NCBI RefSeq assembly: GCF_009914755.1 | Contig: NC_060939.1 | DNA from: the human T2T-CHM13v2.0 reference genome, Homo sapiens | Reading direction: 5' to 3' (one strand) | DNA length: 64,000 bases | Part shown: positions 42,803 through 56,694 of the stretch, in pieces | Numbering within the stretch: the stretch's first letter is position 1 | Layout of the letters: the number at the start of each line of letters is the position of its first letter | Translations under genes and position numbers: made by a program | Notes under the pieces: generated by a model | What the model was told of the DNA's origin: nothing | The model's database searches: none | What the model saw: the letters and a program-made list of their open reading frames with translations, nothing else

Positions 42803-44319
42803 AATTCATGAATCATTCTGCACATGATTGCAAGCCATTGTTTTGATTGCTAGCATTTATATTTGCATTTAATCACAAACACAGTTAGTTGTTGGAAGAG
42901 AAATGCAGTTTTTTGTGGAGGATGCATTTGGCTTTGGGGTTTTGTAGTAATGTTTAACTATTCCCACGCTTTGATTACCATACCAGTATCTCAAGGGAAG
43001 AAAATACAATGGACAGTCAATAAAAATACTGAATATTTAAAAGGTCAACTCCATGAGGGACTAAGTTTCTGATGCCTCACCATTTTCTTGTTAAAAATCT
43101 GCTTTGAATAGGAAAAGAAAAAACTGGAAGTCGTTCTTATGGTTGTGCATGATTAAAGAAACTCTATAAATAATAATTTGTGCAACTGTGTATTCAGAGA
43201 AGGAATGTAGCTTTCCTTTGCTATATTTTTTTTTTAGAAAAGAAAGAAAACTTTTCTGATTTTCCATTTGTTAATAAGTTCTATTCTCCCTTAAAGCTTA
43301 TGTTATGCCTTATTGTAAATCTAGACTCATGGAGCTGATTCAACTTTGTACTGATGCCAAAGAACTTACTTTTTAAACTGAGGTTGTGGAGTAGCAGGGG
43401 TTAGCTATTGCATGTAGTTCAGAGGTAAATTTCCTTCCTTTCCCCTAATAGTTCCATTACTATTTATGTTAAAACTCCTGTTATTAGGTCTTGTTTATGA
43501 ATCCATGAATCGCAAATGTTGTAGAATTTGGGAAACATTAAAAAAAGAGAAGGAACATTCTAAAACTTCTAGTCCGAATGTGTGTTTATGTGTGGGGTGG
43601 TACTTTCAACTTTCCTTTATTCTGTGGAACTGTCTTCTAGCCTGGTTTGGCATATCATTCTCTTCATAAATATTTTCACAAATAAAACAAATATTAAGTT
43701 ATTTTTAATTCTGAGTAACTGAAACAAAATTACAGAAGTACAGAAATAATGACACATTTTAAAATTTGAATTCTAAATTTAGTCTTATAAGTACCCAATT
43801 CTCATAAATTTCCAGAGTATTTAAAAGGTGCCCTTCATTGAACATACAAGTATTTTTCAGCTTTGTAGAGTTTAAAGATCTTCCTAATACTCTTAAAAGG
43901 TTAATCACATTTAATGAGGTTGTTAAACTAATCAATATTTCTTTTATAGACACACTTTTCACCTGGTCTCTGAAAGGAAATTCTCTAAGGGAGACAGAAA
44001 CAATATTCACTAGAAATAGAGTATAACAAAACACTAGGGACTCACCTTCATTTTTTCCATTAAACTTCTTTTTTAGGTTTCTGATTACTGATGCTAATAT
44101 ATACTAATGGAACACTGGAGCTAATTTATATACTTTCAGATCCAATATTTTCTCTAGCTGGTCAAAGACTAAGTAGTGCAGTGATTTTCCATGACTTCCG
44201 TTATTAGACCTGAACCATATTTTGTTGTCTCTGAAAGTGCTGGTGCTATTTAAGCAGGGGCCATTCAACCACTGACTCACAGAATGGAGGACGTATTTTC
44301 TGAAAGTATTTACCCTTGG

Positions 44320-46130
44320 TGTGTTCATAACATCTTCTGCATTACCTCATTCAAGATCCACCAACACTTTCCCGTGTCCTCAGTGACTTCAGAACCTAAT
44401 GCTTAGTTACCCACTCTACTGTAAGCTCACCCTCCTCCCTACATTTAATACATACTCCTGAGTACATACTCCTGTTTTCAGCTCCACAAGCTTATGTTTT
44501 CATTCTACCTCCGATACCAATGACTCAGTCACCTTTGATCTCATCATCATTAAAATGGCCCTAATTCACCTCTGATAACAGCGTCACCTAAATCTGATGT
44601 TGAGAAATGTTGAGAAAATCTCAACATTTTCTCCAGTACTTGACTGTTCATTTTCCCGGTTTGTTATCTTTTCCCATGTTTTTTTCTGATTTCTTGTTTG
44701 CCTGGATTCTCTTTTAAGAATTTGCAACATTCTAGTGATGATGATTCAAGGATGTCTCACCTACTTGACCTTCACTCCTCTCATCTAGCTGATCTCCAGT
44801 TCCAAAAATTTTTGGATGCATTGACGTCTGAGCCACCAAAAACCACTTGAGAAAGCCTTCAAAAATGAACACTACTTTTTGCTGCCTCTCCTCTCTTGGA
44901 CCAGCACAGTTGCACTGCAGTCCTTCAATGCACCACTAGTTTGTGCCAGCCAAAATCTCAACTATGATTTTAAATACTCCATTGTCTCACAATACCAGTC
45001 TGAGACCTTTCTTCACTCTCTCAATAGTTGTGCTCATGTCTGCCACAATCCTATAATTTTCTGTGTTCTGTCTTGTGAGGTATCATTCTTTTGTCATCTC
45101 TTCCTTTCTGCCTGTGAGAAAGAAACATTCCTCTTTGTTGCCAGAGTTTATTCTTTTGTCTCTGTGTTCGATTCTATTTCTTGCTGCTTCTGCCAGCCTC
45201 TTCCTCCATAAACCACTTTTACTTTGGCATTTTCCATATAATTTTTAGACTGTTGTCCTCAACACCAAACAAAAAGGAAAAACAACAAGTTTTTTTTTTT
45301 CCTCAAGCTTTTCTCTTCTCCAAGCTGATGCCTTATTTCTTTGTTCCTTCCCTTCAGTGAGAAACAAAATCTATACCCTTGGCTCCCCTTCAGTCATCTT
45401 TTCTATTAAGTAATCATTTGCTTTGACTTCATCACATTAACACTGCTATTTAGTTTCTTTTGAAATTCCTACTTTCCTAGTTCTCTTCTTTGACTGCCTC
45501 TACTCCCATAGATATGTACTCTCTGCCTCAGTAGATTAATCAATTCTGTTGATGGCAGACATCTCCCTAGTAGATTCTTAAAAATATTTGTATGCCTCAG
45601 TCTCCTTACACAGCTCCAGATTTCCTTCCCGATGCACCTTGGCCAATTCTGTAACAGCCTTCCTGGCATCTTGACCAACATGTGTAAAATCCCCAAATCC
45701 ACCTTCTGCTATAACTAGTATCTTCTAATTCTGTAAACTGTAGTACCATACTATCATTCAGCTACCACTGAAGGCTTGGAATCTTTCTACTGTTTCATCT
45801 CCCTTTCTCTTGCTTCCCTCTTTGGCCTTCTTTGGCTTCTAGTCAGTTTCCAGTAGGTTCTACTTCTGCAGAGTTACCTTCATCTGTCTAATGCAAACAC
45901 TACATCAGGACCTCAGCATTTCCCATAGGAACCATTACACAATAAACTTCTTCCCTTATTTTCTATCTCTTTGTATACTGTGGTCAGACTATTCTCTTAA
46001 AGCATGGTTCCAATACCACGAAAACACATTGATTCCCTGCTGCTTTTAAAACTAAGTTCACACTCTAAAATGTGACAATCATTGTTTTCAGACTTTGATC
46101 CATTCTGTTTTAACAAAGCTACTGCCTACA
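44320..46130 (+). mobile_element. Long, highly degraded L2
   Basis: Pyrimidine-rich strand with L2-like motifs 'cacctttgatctc.tcatc', 'tttgacttc..cac..aacactgct', 'tatactgtggtcaga..ttcttaaagcat'. Confidence 0.55.
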
Positions 46131-46974
46131 ACACCACTTTAAGATCATGCATTTCTATAACAATAAAATGAGTGACCTGATTATAACCTGGATTTCCACA
46201 ATGTGGTTATCATTTTAGGTTTTCACTTAGCAATGGGGACAGTAGAACTTATACCTTATTCCTCCTTCCTATTCTAAGGATTGAGAGTTATGAACCAGCC
46301 TGAAGCAAAACCGCAAAATAGGGAAATTTGGTTTTGGTACCTCTTATCCCCTTTCTTGCATCTCTCACCAATCTTGATAAATACATCAAATTATCAAATT
46401 CTTGTCTCAAGGCTACTAGGGGAGATATATTTGAATGGGAAAGAGAGGTGCTTTCTCAACTCTTGTTTAGAATGAGGAATTTCAGGAGTCCACATCCTTC
46501 TGGTTTATAGATATGTGTATTATTTAGGAGATAATATTGTGAATTAATGCCAAGAAAAGTGCCTGCCTCTGTTTTCATAAATTATGCAAATGCATATATT
46601 TTCACCAAATTTGAAGGATATGTTTATCAAGGACCGATTCAAAATATATGTTATAAATTTTGTGAAAGATTTACCTTGGAGGGGCGCTGGAGAACATCTC
46701 AAAGGGATTGATGTTTTTCTCCTAAAAAGCTACCTGAGGCACAAGAGGCCCGCATGACTGCAGATCAGGAGAATCGTGAGAAAGACAGAAATGACAGTGG
46801 CCTCAAATATGAGCTACAAATTAACAGTCTCAGGGTAGATATTCCAGGTAGATTTCTAGTAGCCCTGCTCCTGACATTGTCAACTATTTATACCATGTTC
46901 TGTAGTATGTAACAGCAAACTTTATTTATTGAATGATGGTTATTCTCTTAAGTAACCCAGTGGAGACCAGCAAT

Positions 46975-47200
46975 TAATAACTGTATAAAGTATTGTTGTT
47001 GCCACTTTTTGTGCACTTGCTGTGCACCTTGCTGATCACTCTCTATGCATCATTTTAATTTAGCCCTTAAATGATTTCATGAGATTTTATATATTGGTAC
47101 TTTCAGACGAGGAGACTGAAGGTCATGAATTCTACGAAACTTGTTAAAGGTTGCACATCTAGTGAATGGTGGGATGGAGAACAAGACTGAGGTCTAAGAC
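46975..47200 (-). mobile_element. MIR
   Basis: 'ctttcagacgaggagactgaaggtca..aacttg..aaggttgcacatctagtgaatggtgg'. Confidence 0.7.
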
Positions 47201-50200
47201 CAAAGATATTTTCTCCTCTCTAGTCCTCTAATCCGTCCTCAGAAATAGTCTTTCTATCCTGGCTTCTACGCCCTTCCCAGGCTCATTTAACCAACCTCCC
47301 CTTTGCCCTCTCCCTCATTCTCTGCATAACTTCCATGGCTTACCCGCAAAGCCAGATGAGACCAGCCCCAAGATTTATGTTAAACATTTATGTTATTTGT
47401 ATCAAAAATTAATTATGGATCTATTAATTCATAACTTCATAAAATTATAACTCATGGCAAACATTTGAATAGGATTACTAATGTCATGATATTTTGTATT
47501 TAAATATCTTGCTTTATAAAGTATGATGACTAGGTCATGCTTTCAGAACAGACTTAAGGTAATTCTAATACTTTCAGTTGTGTGATTTTAAGTCACATGT
47601 TATTTCTCAGAGTTATATTCCTTATGAAACTTGGGGTTCAACTTTACCTATTGCTTATAGTTTCTTAGATGGAAACAAAAGGTTCTTTAAATGAAAGATA
47701 AAGCTATATCTGGAGGGCTTGAAATTGCAGTTCTAAAGCTTTTGCAGGTAAATCTTGGGTTGATAGCCTGTTATTTCTCCCCCATAGAACACCAGGCTCA
47801 CAGATGGTGGTGTGACTGATTGTCTCAGTGGGTCAAGCTTTTTTTTTGTTTTAAACTTCAGTGCTTAAAGGCAATACCAGTACTCCTACCCATGGAGGTT
47901 CTTGACATTATCATGGCTACTTGAAGGATAGTTGCTAACACTCTGGCTCTTAATCCCTCAATGATAAGCTCAAACACTCCCATCTCTGCAGCAAAAATCT
48001 CTTTTTGACACTGCAATACTACTAGACTTTCTAGTTTCTTGAGAAGTCATTTTCATAGCCAGTTTCATAGCCAGTCAGCTGGGATGCTAGTAGAATGACC
48101 CTCCTGATGAAATATAAGACTTTTACTGGTTAGAAGCCACTTTGCCCTTGAGAAATCTCTGTTTAACAGACACTTCCTGGGTCACACAGACCTAATTACA
48201 CTCTGATGGTGCACTTTCATTCTTTCTGTAGCTATTCAACAAATGCCACCAAATGTAAATGGAGCTAAATTATAAATGGGAAAAAAAATATAAAGATACC
48301 AACATCTGCTGACAATTTCTAAATTGTATATTTCTGTGGCCAATAATTGTGACTTTATTAAATATATTTATATAATTTAAAATAATTAAGACCATAGTAT
48401 AATCAATGCATATGAATTTATTCCATACTTTTATCAAATGATAAGATTGAAATCATTTTATATAAATTTAATAAAAACAGACATCATACAAATTTTCTTC
48501 TCCACTGTCTTTAAAATACCCTACTAGCCAGGATTATATTTTACTCATTTAGCAGTTATTAGAATTGCTTGAAAAATTTTGTTAGAGGCCAGCCCAGGTC
48601 CCTCTTACAGAGGTTCTGACATCAGCAGTGTGATGTGGGACCCAGGTAGTTGTAGATCCATACTTTGATAATTTGTCACTTCTGCTCTTCTAAATCTATT
48701 TCAAAGGCTTTCCTTTAACAACTAATAGATAAAAAAATAGTTTGCCTGATCTCTTTGTTTAACAGAGTCAATTGGTTCAGATTTACATTCAGAAAGGTAC
48801 ATTTGCCTATGCTTACATATAGATATTCTATAGAGGAGAGAGTGTCTTAGAGTGTTGTTAAACTTTCCTTTTGACTTTACTTTGCAAAAGCCAACACATA
48901 TGCCTCGGTTTCTTCACCTGTGAAACAGGTATGCTATTTTGTATAAATAATTCTGGTTATCTCAGTTGTATAATTGCTTCCAAGCAGTAGAGGGAAGTAT
49001 TGCTCTGGGTATTTCTAGAAAAGGCAACAGAAAGAAGTGAAGGTAATTCTGACCCCTGGGCAAATGGGGATCCCAGAAAAAAATATTTTCTCCTCATCGG
49101 TTCAAACAATTTTTTGAGTCCTTTCATTTGCATTAGAAATGTAGCTTTCATGGTTCCACTCCTGAGATTAAACAGGGACCTTTCTAAGTGCTAGAGAGAC
49201 ATATCACTGTCTGGAGTTATTTTCAGAGGTGGAATTTTCCCTTCCCATCAAGTTTATTGCTAGCTTCTCACTTCCCTTCCTCGTCTAATGAGTTATTTCT
49301 TTCTCTGCTTCTTTAGCAAAGAAAATGAAACAAATTATACATAGGAAAATACATAAGGACACATCAGGGGTTTGCCATATAGCAAAAACCTGCAATGGAC
49401 TTGGGGGAAAGATCCTCCATGGGACCAAAATAGATTTTCTCCAGTACCTTGTAAATGGGACATCGTTCTGTCTTCTTACTTTACAAGGTAAGATTTAAAT
49501 TTTAGACTTAAGGTCTAGTTCAGAAACTAGGTCTATATCTGCCCTTGCTTAATATGTGGGATCAAGTTCCCCACTTCCTCTCATTTAGGAAGATGAGGAT
49601 GTCAGCAGAGGGTTTCTGGAAACTGTTAGCAACAGTAACAAGTGAGCTGGTCATCCATGGCCAAGGAGCTGAATATGAGTTCTTTAATAAACCATTATTT
49701 GATGCAGCAAAAGAAATTAAATTACATCAGTTAATTGACAAAGCAATTAGCAAGCTGTCCATAAACCCCAAAATAGCCAAACATTATAAATTTTGGTACC
49801 ACCTACTGGCTGGAGGAGATTTTTGGTTTTGTTTTGTTTTGTTTTGTTTTACTATAAGCTTCATTTACATCATTATTTCTCCAGCAACAATCAAACCTCT
49901 GGCCTGTAGATCTTTCCATCTTTGCATTGCCTCCTTGGTTATCAATTATTCAGGTTCAGAGACCAGAAGGTAATTTTGGCTTCAACTAGCTGAACTCAAG
50001 AGTAGTATAAGGAAAATATCTCCTGATGTTTCCTCAGTATTTAGCATCCACGCTAACAACAATTTCAGTATTTATCCAGAGACAGATGAAATTATGAGCC
50101 TAGCAAATCTGTGCCGTACACATATTTCAGCAGTGACCATAAAAAAAATCACACTTAATCATATTCGGCTCTGTTCCCAAAATACATTTTTTGACAGAAG

Positions 50201-51642
50201 ACAAATTAGATCGTCGCACTGCATGGTGATGGGACCCATCTCTCTACAAGGGTTTGATTAAATGCCTTTGACCCGTGTCATTGACCAAGAAAGGAGAGAG
50301 AGAACATAAATAAATTCTTTTGACTTAAAAGTACACTACAGAAAGTGGGCTCCTCTGGGAATCTGGCACATTCAGCTGCATGGTCTCTGTTGTTTTGTTT
50401 TGGTCCTGCCCCCTAAATGAAAGGGCTTCCTGGGATCAGGCCACCACATGGAAAGAAAGAAAGATGTTACGCTCCCACCTCCGGCCTGAAGTGCAAATGG
50501 AAAAAACATTGATATGGCTTGAAAACACTAAAGGCTATACGGTAATTGGTAAAATCTGCGACCCAAGCCATGTGAAAATGACAAGGGCATGTCATATCAT
50601 CTTTGAAAGATGGCTCCCTTCTATTCCAATGAATGGAATGTCTTTTGTAGCAAATTTTCAAACTCATTTAGATCATAAAAATGTCCACTGGGACATGAAA
50701 TGTCTCTTGACTCTACCTCCATGTATTAATACTCTTCCTGCCTTCAAACATTCCTGAGTCCTGTGACCCAAACTATTAGGTTGAAGAAAAAGCATTTGAT
50801 ATTCTCATCAAACATGTTCTCACTGTGATGTCTCCATAAAAGACAAGCCAAATAAGAATGAAAAACAGGGTAAACTGTGATCTTCCCTCTCCTACAACCA
50901 ATCTCATTTTTGTTTAAAGCCTGGTCTCATTTTGTGTTTTCATTTTGACACTTGATATGAAATATCAGTAAATATAAGTGACAATATTTTTTGCCTTGAG
51001 TGGTGTCCACTTTATTAACTATACACTATCTTATACTTGCTTTTTTCAAGTAATACAATACAAAAATCTGTCAACCAAATATTTGAAACTCAAATTGTAT
51101 GTTAGATGTCCTAGGGAAACTTGACCTTTAGTGATATATTGTGATGAATTCTGAGATAAAATTCCAATATCCAATATTTTTCTGCTGATATATCTATTTA
51201 AGAAAAAAAATAGCTTTCTGTATTCTCTTTGAAGTAATATACACCTGAGTCACCATTCATCATATTGAATCTTCATTCCAAGTGTAAACTCTTCTTTTGT
51301 CAGAAAGAAAAACAAAGTGAGAACATACCAAATCCTGGTAAACCTCTTGATCATAGAAATTGTGAGGTTATCTGTGTGGTGAAGTCAAAAGAAAGGCTGG
51401 TGTATTCCGACTGATTTGTCCTTAACCAGCTAGATGACTATGGGCTGGTCGCAGTTCCATAGCTGTAAAATGGGACTGGTAAGTAATACAGAGTGTGAAG
51501 AAATTTTGTGAGTTCTTTCATTTCCATTTACATTAGTAATGTAGCTTTCATGGTTCCACCATGTAGATATGGCATAAACATTAATGTCACTTTTGGGGGA
51601 AACATCAGTATCTTTGCTTGTGTCTGTGCACATGCAGGGGTG

Positions 51643-51693
51643 CTCTCTCTCTCTCTGTCACACACACACACACACACACACACACATTCACAC
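51643..51693. repeat. (TC)n/(AC)n microsatellite
   Basis: Directly visible. Confidence 0.9.
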
Positions 51694-51719
51694 AAATCCC
51701 TGTATGTGACAGCTCAAGG

Positions 51720-53110
51720 CCTAGGCTGCGCCACCTCTGCTTTTGGATAAGTCTTCTTTTCCTTCCATTTCTTCCCACACTCGGAAGTGAACCAAACATC
51801 ATTTGGGATAATTTAAAGTCTTAGTGATGTAACCAAAAGGCCGAGAGAGAGACTCTAATCTTTGTGTTTACTGCCACTTAACCTTTGTCACATCCCACTC
51901 CCCTGACTAAGAACAGGCCATTTTTCTAGAAAGGACAGCTCCAGTCACCTCCTGGTAAAGGAGACAGAGAACCTGGTAGGAACCCCGAGGCTCAGTTTCC
52001 ATAGCAAACACATTAGCATTGGCAGCTGGACATGAAGCCCTCTGCTCCTCCCTCTGCAGGCTGGTGGCCTCTTCTTGGAAGTCCAGAGATGGTACATTGC
52101 CAGGCAGCATCAGCCGGGTTTGCCTTTTCACCAAAGGGTTTGAAATAGGGGCTTCCCCTCCATTTTTATCCTCTCTGCAACTGCTTAGCAGAACCAGGCC
52201 TCTACTCCCAACTTCTGAATTCTTCTCTGGGCAGACCAGCCAGCCAGGACTCATCTGAGGCTTGCTGGCTGCCTCTGTCCTCACCACCCCCACCTTGAGT
52301 GAGCAGCCCTGAGTTGTCCCTGTTGTCCCACAGCCTAGGCAGCCCTCTCTCTTCTTCAGGAGAGAGGAGTTCAGTGCAAGCATAGTGCTCATCCAACCCC
52401 ATGGCGAGGGACAGCAAGGGGCGTAGGAAGCCTGCATTGCTCTATTATGGTTGATGCTCTGATAGAAAAGCAGGAGATCCAGGGAGCCAATAAATAAGAC
52501 CCCTTTGCCCTCCTGAGCTGGGAAACAACAGGGAATTACAGTCGTCAGACAGATAAACATCAAAATAGCAGCTTTACTTTTGATAAAGCTAGAGAATGTC
52601 ATATGTCTTTGATGTGCCACAAAACGGGTGCCTTAATATGCCCTCTAAGTGGAACTCATCCCTTCTAACTGCACCCACCACACACACAAACACACACAGG
52701 CAATCATGTGAGCATGCAAGTGTGTCTTCTCAGACAGGCAGCCTGGAACAAAAGAGGAAGAGGCTAATTTGGACACTCAGATTCTTCGTCTGGTTTTACC
52801 AGTCACTTCCCCGGGGAGTGTCTGCGGGAATCATCTCCATAGTGTTTCTCTTTGTGGAGGAGAGTGGAAATTCCCTTCCTTCCTTCTGTGGGAAAAAAGA
52901 GGCATGGAGAGTAAAGGCTTGTCCCTATCAGGAAAATTTGCCTCATTCCTGTCATCTGAGCCTGGAGAGACTCGGGCCACCCAACAAACTCACAGAAAAC
53001 AGAATTACAGTGGCTCAGTGTGGCTGTTTGCGGAAGTGGAGGGGAGCAAGGCCAGGAGTAAGAGAGGAGATCAGGCCTTCCGGAAGTTAGATCTGTGGTT
53101 TTGGGGCCCC
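51720..53110. promoter_or_regulatory. Candidate ETS/RUNX/GATA/NF-kB enhancer
   Basis: Repeat-poor with raised GC. CGGAAGTG 51782, CACTTCCCC 52804, GCGGAAGTG 53030, CCGGAAGT 53080, TGTGGTT 53094, GGAAATTCCC 52866, WGATAA 52551 and 52581. Confidence 0.5.
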
Positions 53111-53399
53111 TAAGATGAAGGGAAGAGAAAGGACCATAAATATGCTCTTCTGTCCCACCTCTTCTAGTTGGTCCCAGGCAGGATGTCAGGAGAAATGGGC
53201 TCTCTCCTTGCAGCTCTGCCAGCAGTAAGCTGTATGGCCTTCATCAGGTCTCCCAGCACTTTTGTTCTTCATTGTTAAGCAGGACTGAGAACTTAAGCCT
53301 TAACCACATACAGGGATGTTTGGGACCATTAATGAAGGATCAAAAGTGACAACACTTAAAGTTTAAAGCAATAGGCACATTCTGCGAAACAACTGGCTT

Positions 53400-53820
53400 A
53401 GACCTTCCGTAAACACCAATGTCCTACATAAAAGACTGATAAAGAACATTTGGGGACAATATGAACATGGGCTACAGAGTGGCTATGAGTACAGTATTAA
53501 TGTAACATTTCCTAAGTGTTATGATTGTCATTGAGGTTATCTAGCTGACATCCTTGTTCTTAGGACATGCATGCAAAGATACTTAGGAGGAGAGAGTCAG
53601 AATATCTAATTGACTCTAAAACGGTTCAGCAAGAATAATGAAAATATTACATATACCACATGTGTACATTTATACACACATATACAAAAAGAGAAAAGGA
53701 AAAATAAAGTTAATATGGCAAGATGCTAATAACTGGTGACTCAAGGCAAAGGTTATAACTGGATCATCCGTTATCATATTATTCTTGGAGCTCTTCTGTA
53801 GATTTGAAATTCTTAAAAAT
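53400..53820 (+). mobile_element. L1M 3' end fragment
   Basis: 'acatttggggacaat..gtattaatgtaacatttcct..tccttgttcttagga..atatggcaagatgctaataactggtga'. Confidence 0.7.
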
Positions 53821-54556
53821 AACACGCTGTGGAGAGCCAGGGAGAAGCACTAGAGAGGTTGAGGGGCCAATCAGGAGGAAAGGCTGATGTGTGGGACGTG
53901 ATTGCAGAGATACTCCAGTCTGAAGGTGTGGAGAAGTCAGGGGGTGGAGGTGGTAATAATGCATTGGAGGATTTTGATCTGCTAGAAACTCTACCCGAGG
54001 AACAAAGTCAGGGCAGGAGAGCAGTGGGAATCTAAAGGGGAGTGGGAGAGCATGAGAAATGTATCTCACCCCTCTTCTCATTGCTTCCCCAGGGCCAGGC
54101 CTCTCAGAGAGTATAACCCTTCGCTGCTACAATGTGTACTCTGGCCTCCAGGGAGAAAATTTCCTGTGTCAAAATTTAAACATCACACAAGGCCAATTTT
54201 ATCCCTGTGCTTCAAAAATGCTTAGCATCCCAGGCCATCTGATCTTAGAGGGCACCTTTAGGTTTGTTTTGCCTTTTCCTAAATCCATCAAGTAACGTGT
54301 CTTCATGTTAGACTTTAGTATCGTTTTGTGTCTGTGGTGGCATCGGAGAAACCTTTGCTAAATTTAGCCTTGTTGCTAATTAGGAACAGAGGACATGTTA
54401 AGCTTGAGGCTTAAATACAGAACTTGGCAGGATACCAAAATATGGAATCAAGTCGTCATTTCAGGCTGGGGGAAAATCCAAGCCTGAATTACCTTGGCGA
54501 CTCACCCAGTATATTGTTATTTTAGTCTTCAAGGCCTCCTAACTACATGGGCATTT

Positions 54557-54565
54557 ACACACACA

Positions 54566-54601
<36 letters not shown>
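54557..54601. repeat. (AC)n microsatellite
   Basis: Directly visible, with one interruption. Confidence 0.95.
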
Positions 54602-54602
<1 letters not shown>

Positions 54603-56694
54603 CGTTATCGACTGCCTTGCTCATCCCCCAGTGCCTCATTTTATAAATAAAAGGCAGTGCAGTGGAGGGATAGAAGCAGGGTTTAAGAGAGTGTCTATGT
54701 TGACTTTACATTGGAAGCTATGACTGTATGGAGTGCCATACCCATTGAGAAGAGATATTGACCACATTCTTAGTAACATTACTGCAAGAGTTACATTATT
54801 CCTGTTGCCATATTTACATCACTTTAGATCCAGACAGCGACTGCAACAACAATAGCTACACTCATCCTCTAATCCAAGCATAAAGTAAGTCTTTCAAGTC
54901 AGGCTTTAGGCATCTACACAGCTGTATCTAATGCTACAGTGCTGCTAGTATTTAAAGAAAAAAGGAAGCGCTGCCTGAGCTATTTGTCACTCTAGGGTCT
55001 CTATCATTTAACCAAAATAACTTGAAAAGGGTGTTGTTTTCATCTCTTGGAGCCATGTGCATTTCCCCAGGGCATTACAGGGATTATGGAGCTGTCAGCC
55101 TCTACCCTGTCTTCCTCCTTTCCACTGAGTCCACCATATTTGGCCCAATGATGAGAAAACTAAATAGGGAAATAAAACAGAATGGAGACTAAATGAGAAG
55201 ATAGAAAAATAGAATACAGAGGAGAAAGAAGAGTTCCAGTTGTTGTTATTGCCTTGATATGCCTTTTCCTTCCAAGGCAACAGCTCTTCTGGGCTCTCAA
55301 GTGGGACACCCCCCCCCACCCCCCCGGGCCTTATATTCCTTGGCTGAGACCAGATGCTGCCTGAGTCGGAGACTGGCTTCTGGCCCCTACTGCAGAATTG
55401 CCATTCCAACTGGGTTTCTAAGTGCCAGAGCCAGAGCAAGAAAAAGGCAGTGCATTGAAACCAGGCCTGCCACTCCAGTGTTGTTCTCAGGCATGCCTAC
55501 GGAGGAGTATTTATCATAAAGGAAGAAAACAGTAATAGCCCAGAACTGTCTGTTTGTTCAACTCCAACTTGAATGATACCAAAGATTAAATCTTGGTTTC
55601 CAATTGTTTCATGCCAAGGCTGTTATATTTAAGGTCCAAATATGTGCACCATATGTCATACTGTAGCTTGACAATTACCTCAACAGGCAGTGTCAGACAG
55701 ATGGTAAACATTACTACCAGGCATACGTACATTTAGAATTAGACATTTAAATAAATTCAGGCCTATCTTAAGCTTATTAAAAGGATTTGGGTCTATAAAG
55801 CCATTTCGGGCCCCTGCATATGCTAAAGTGTCTTTTGCATCCTGAACAGATTTGGTTTGGTTCAAGTACCTTCGGGCTACAGATGGCAAGTGACATGCTT
55901 TCTCTTTGAGCCCTGTACCTGCAATTAGGCCAATAATGGCAATTAAGGAAAATGTAAAGAGATTTAAACTTCAGTTCTTAATATCATAACCATGCAATAC
56001 TGCCTATGAAATGACAGAAAATCCTCTGCAGGGAACATCACCAACCTCTCTTAAAAGCCCGTGAACTTCAGAGAGAGAGATTAGAAAGCTACAAAGGTAC
56101 CCGCCTCAGGACCAAGTCAGATTCTCTCTGGTTTAAACCTCAGGCTACGGCAAGCTTTTGACAGGAATCTCACAAACTGCAAATAAAGGTTAGCATTCCA
56201 TGGGAGAATTGAAAGAAGAATTCAGATGAATGTGTTTTTAAGATATTTTTCCCCAAAAAACGATATAAAAGCCCTCTGTACACTCTCTTCTTCCAGGGGG
56301 TTTTGGATCCTGTTTGGCATTGCAAAATGTTCAGTATGGTTTGTGATAAGAAACTAAATGAGGCTGGGGATAAGGTCAAGTGTAGCCAGAGCCGCACTCC
56401 AAGAGGATGGCCCCATGGAGTGGCGGATTTTTCTGAAAACCCTGTGTCCTGCCCACATATGTAATTCACTACTAGAATTATTTCCCTGCTTAGAATAGTT
56501 TATTGGCTCAACTTTTTAAAAGCAATTTCAATCTGTGAACAGTGCTTGACACATCATAGATACTCAATAATTTGAAAGGAAAGAAGTAAGGAAGGAAGAA
56601 AGGACAGATGAGAAGAAGGCATAAGACAAATCAGGACTTTATTTTTCAAATGCAAGTGTAACCTCAGGATTGTTATCCCGCAGGGAGTACACAC

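Noticed and set aside
44039-44047. Strong isolated minus-strand donor AAG|GTGAGT (similar ones near 4585, 17015, 29775, 38108)
   Set aside because: No convincing exon could be built, and consensus donors occur frequently by chance in introns.
51907-52620. Longest ORF in the track (237 aa, minus strand) and the adjacent 164-aa ORF at 52596-53090
   Set aside because: The long ORF starts at GTG, has no recognisable domain and no exon-like boundaries. Stop-poor frames are expected in locally GC-richer sequence.
53829-54035. Protein-looking 68-aa ORF as a processed pseudogene
   Set aside because: Non-ATG start, no recognisable parent, no poly-A or TSD. The purine-rich composition explains the G/E-rich peptide.
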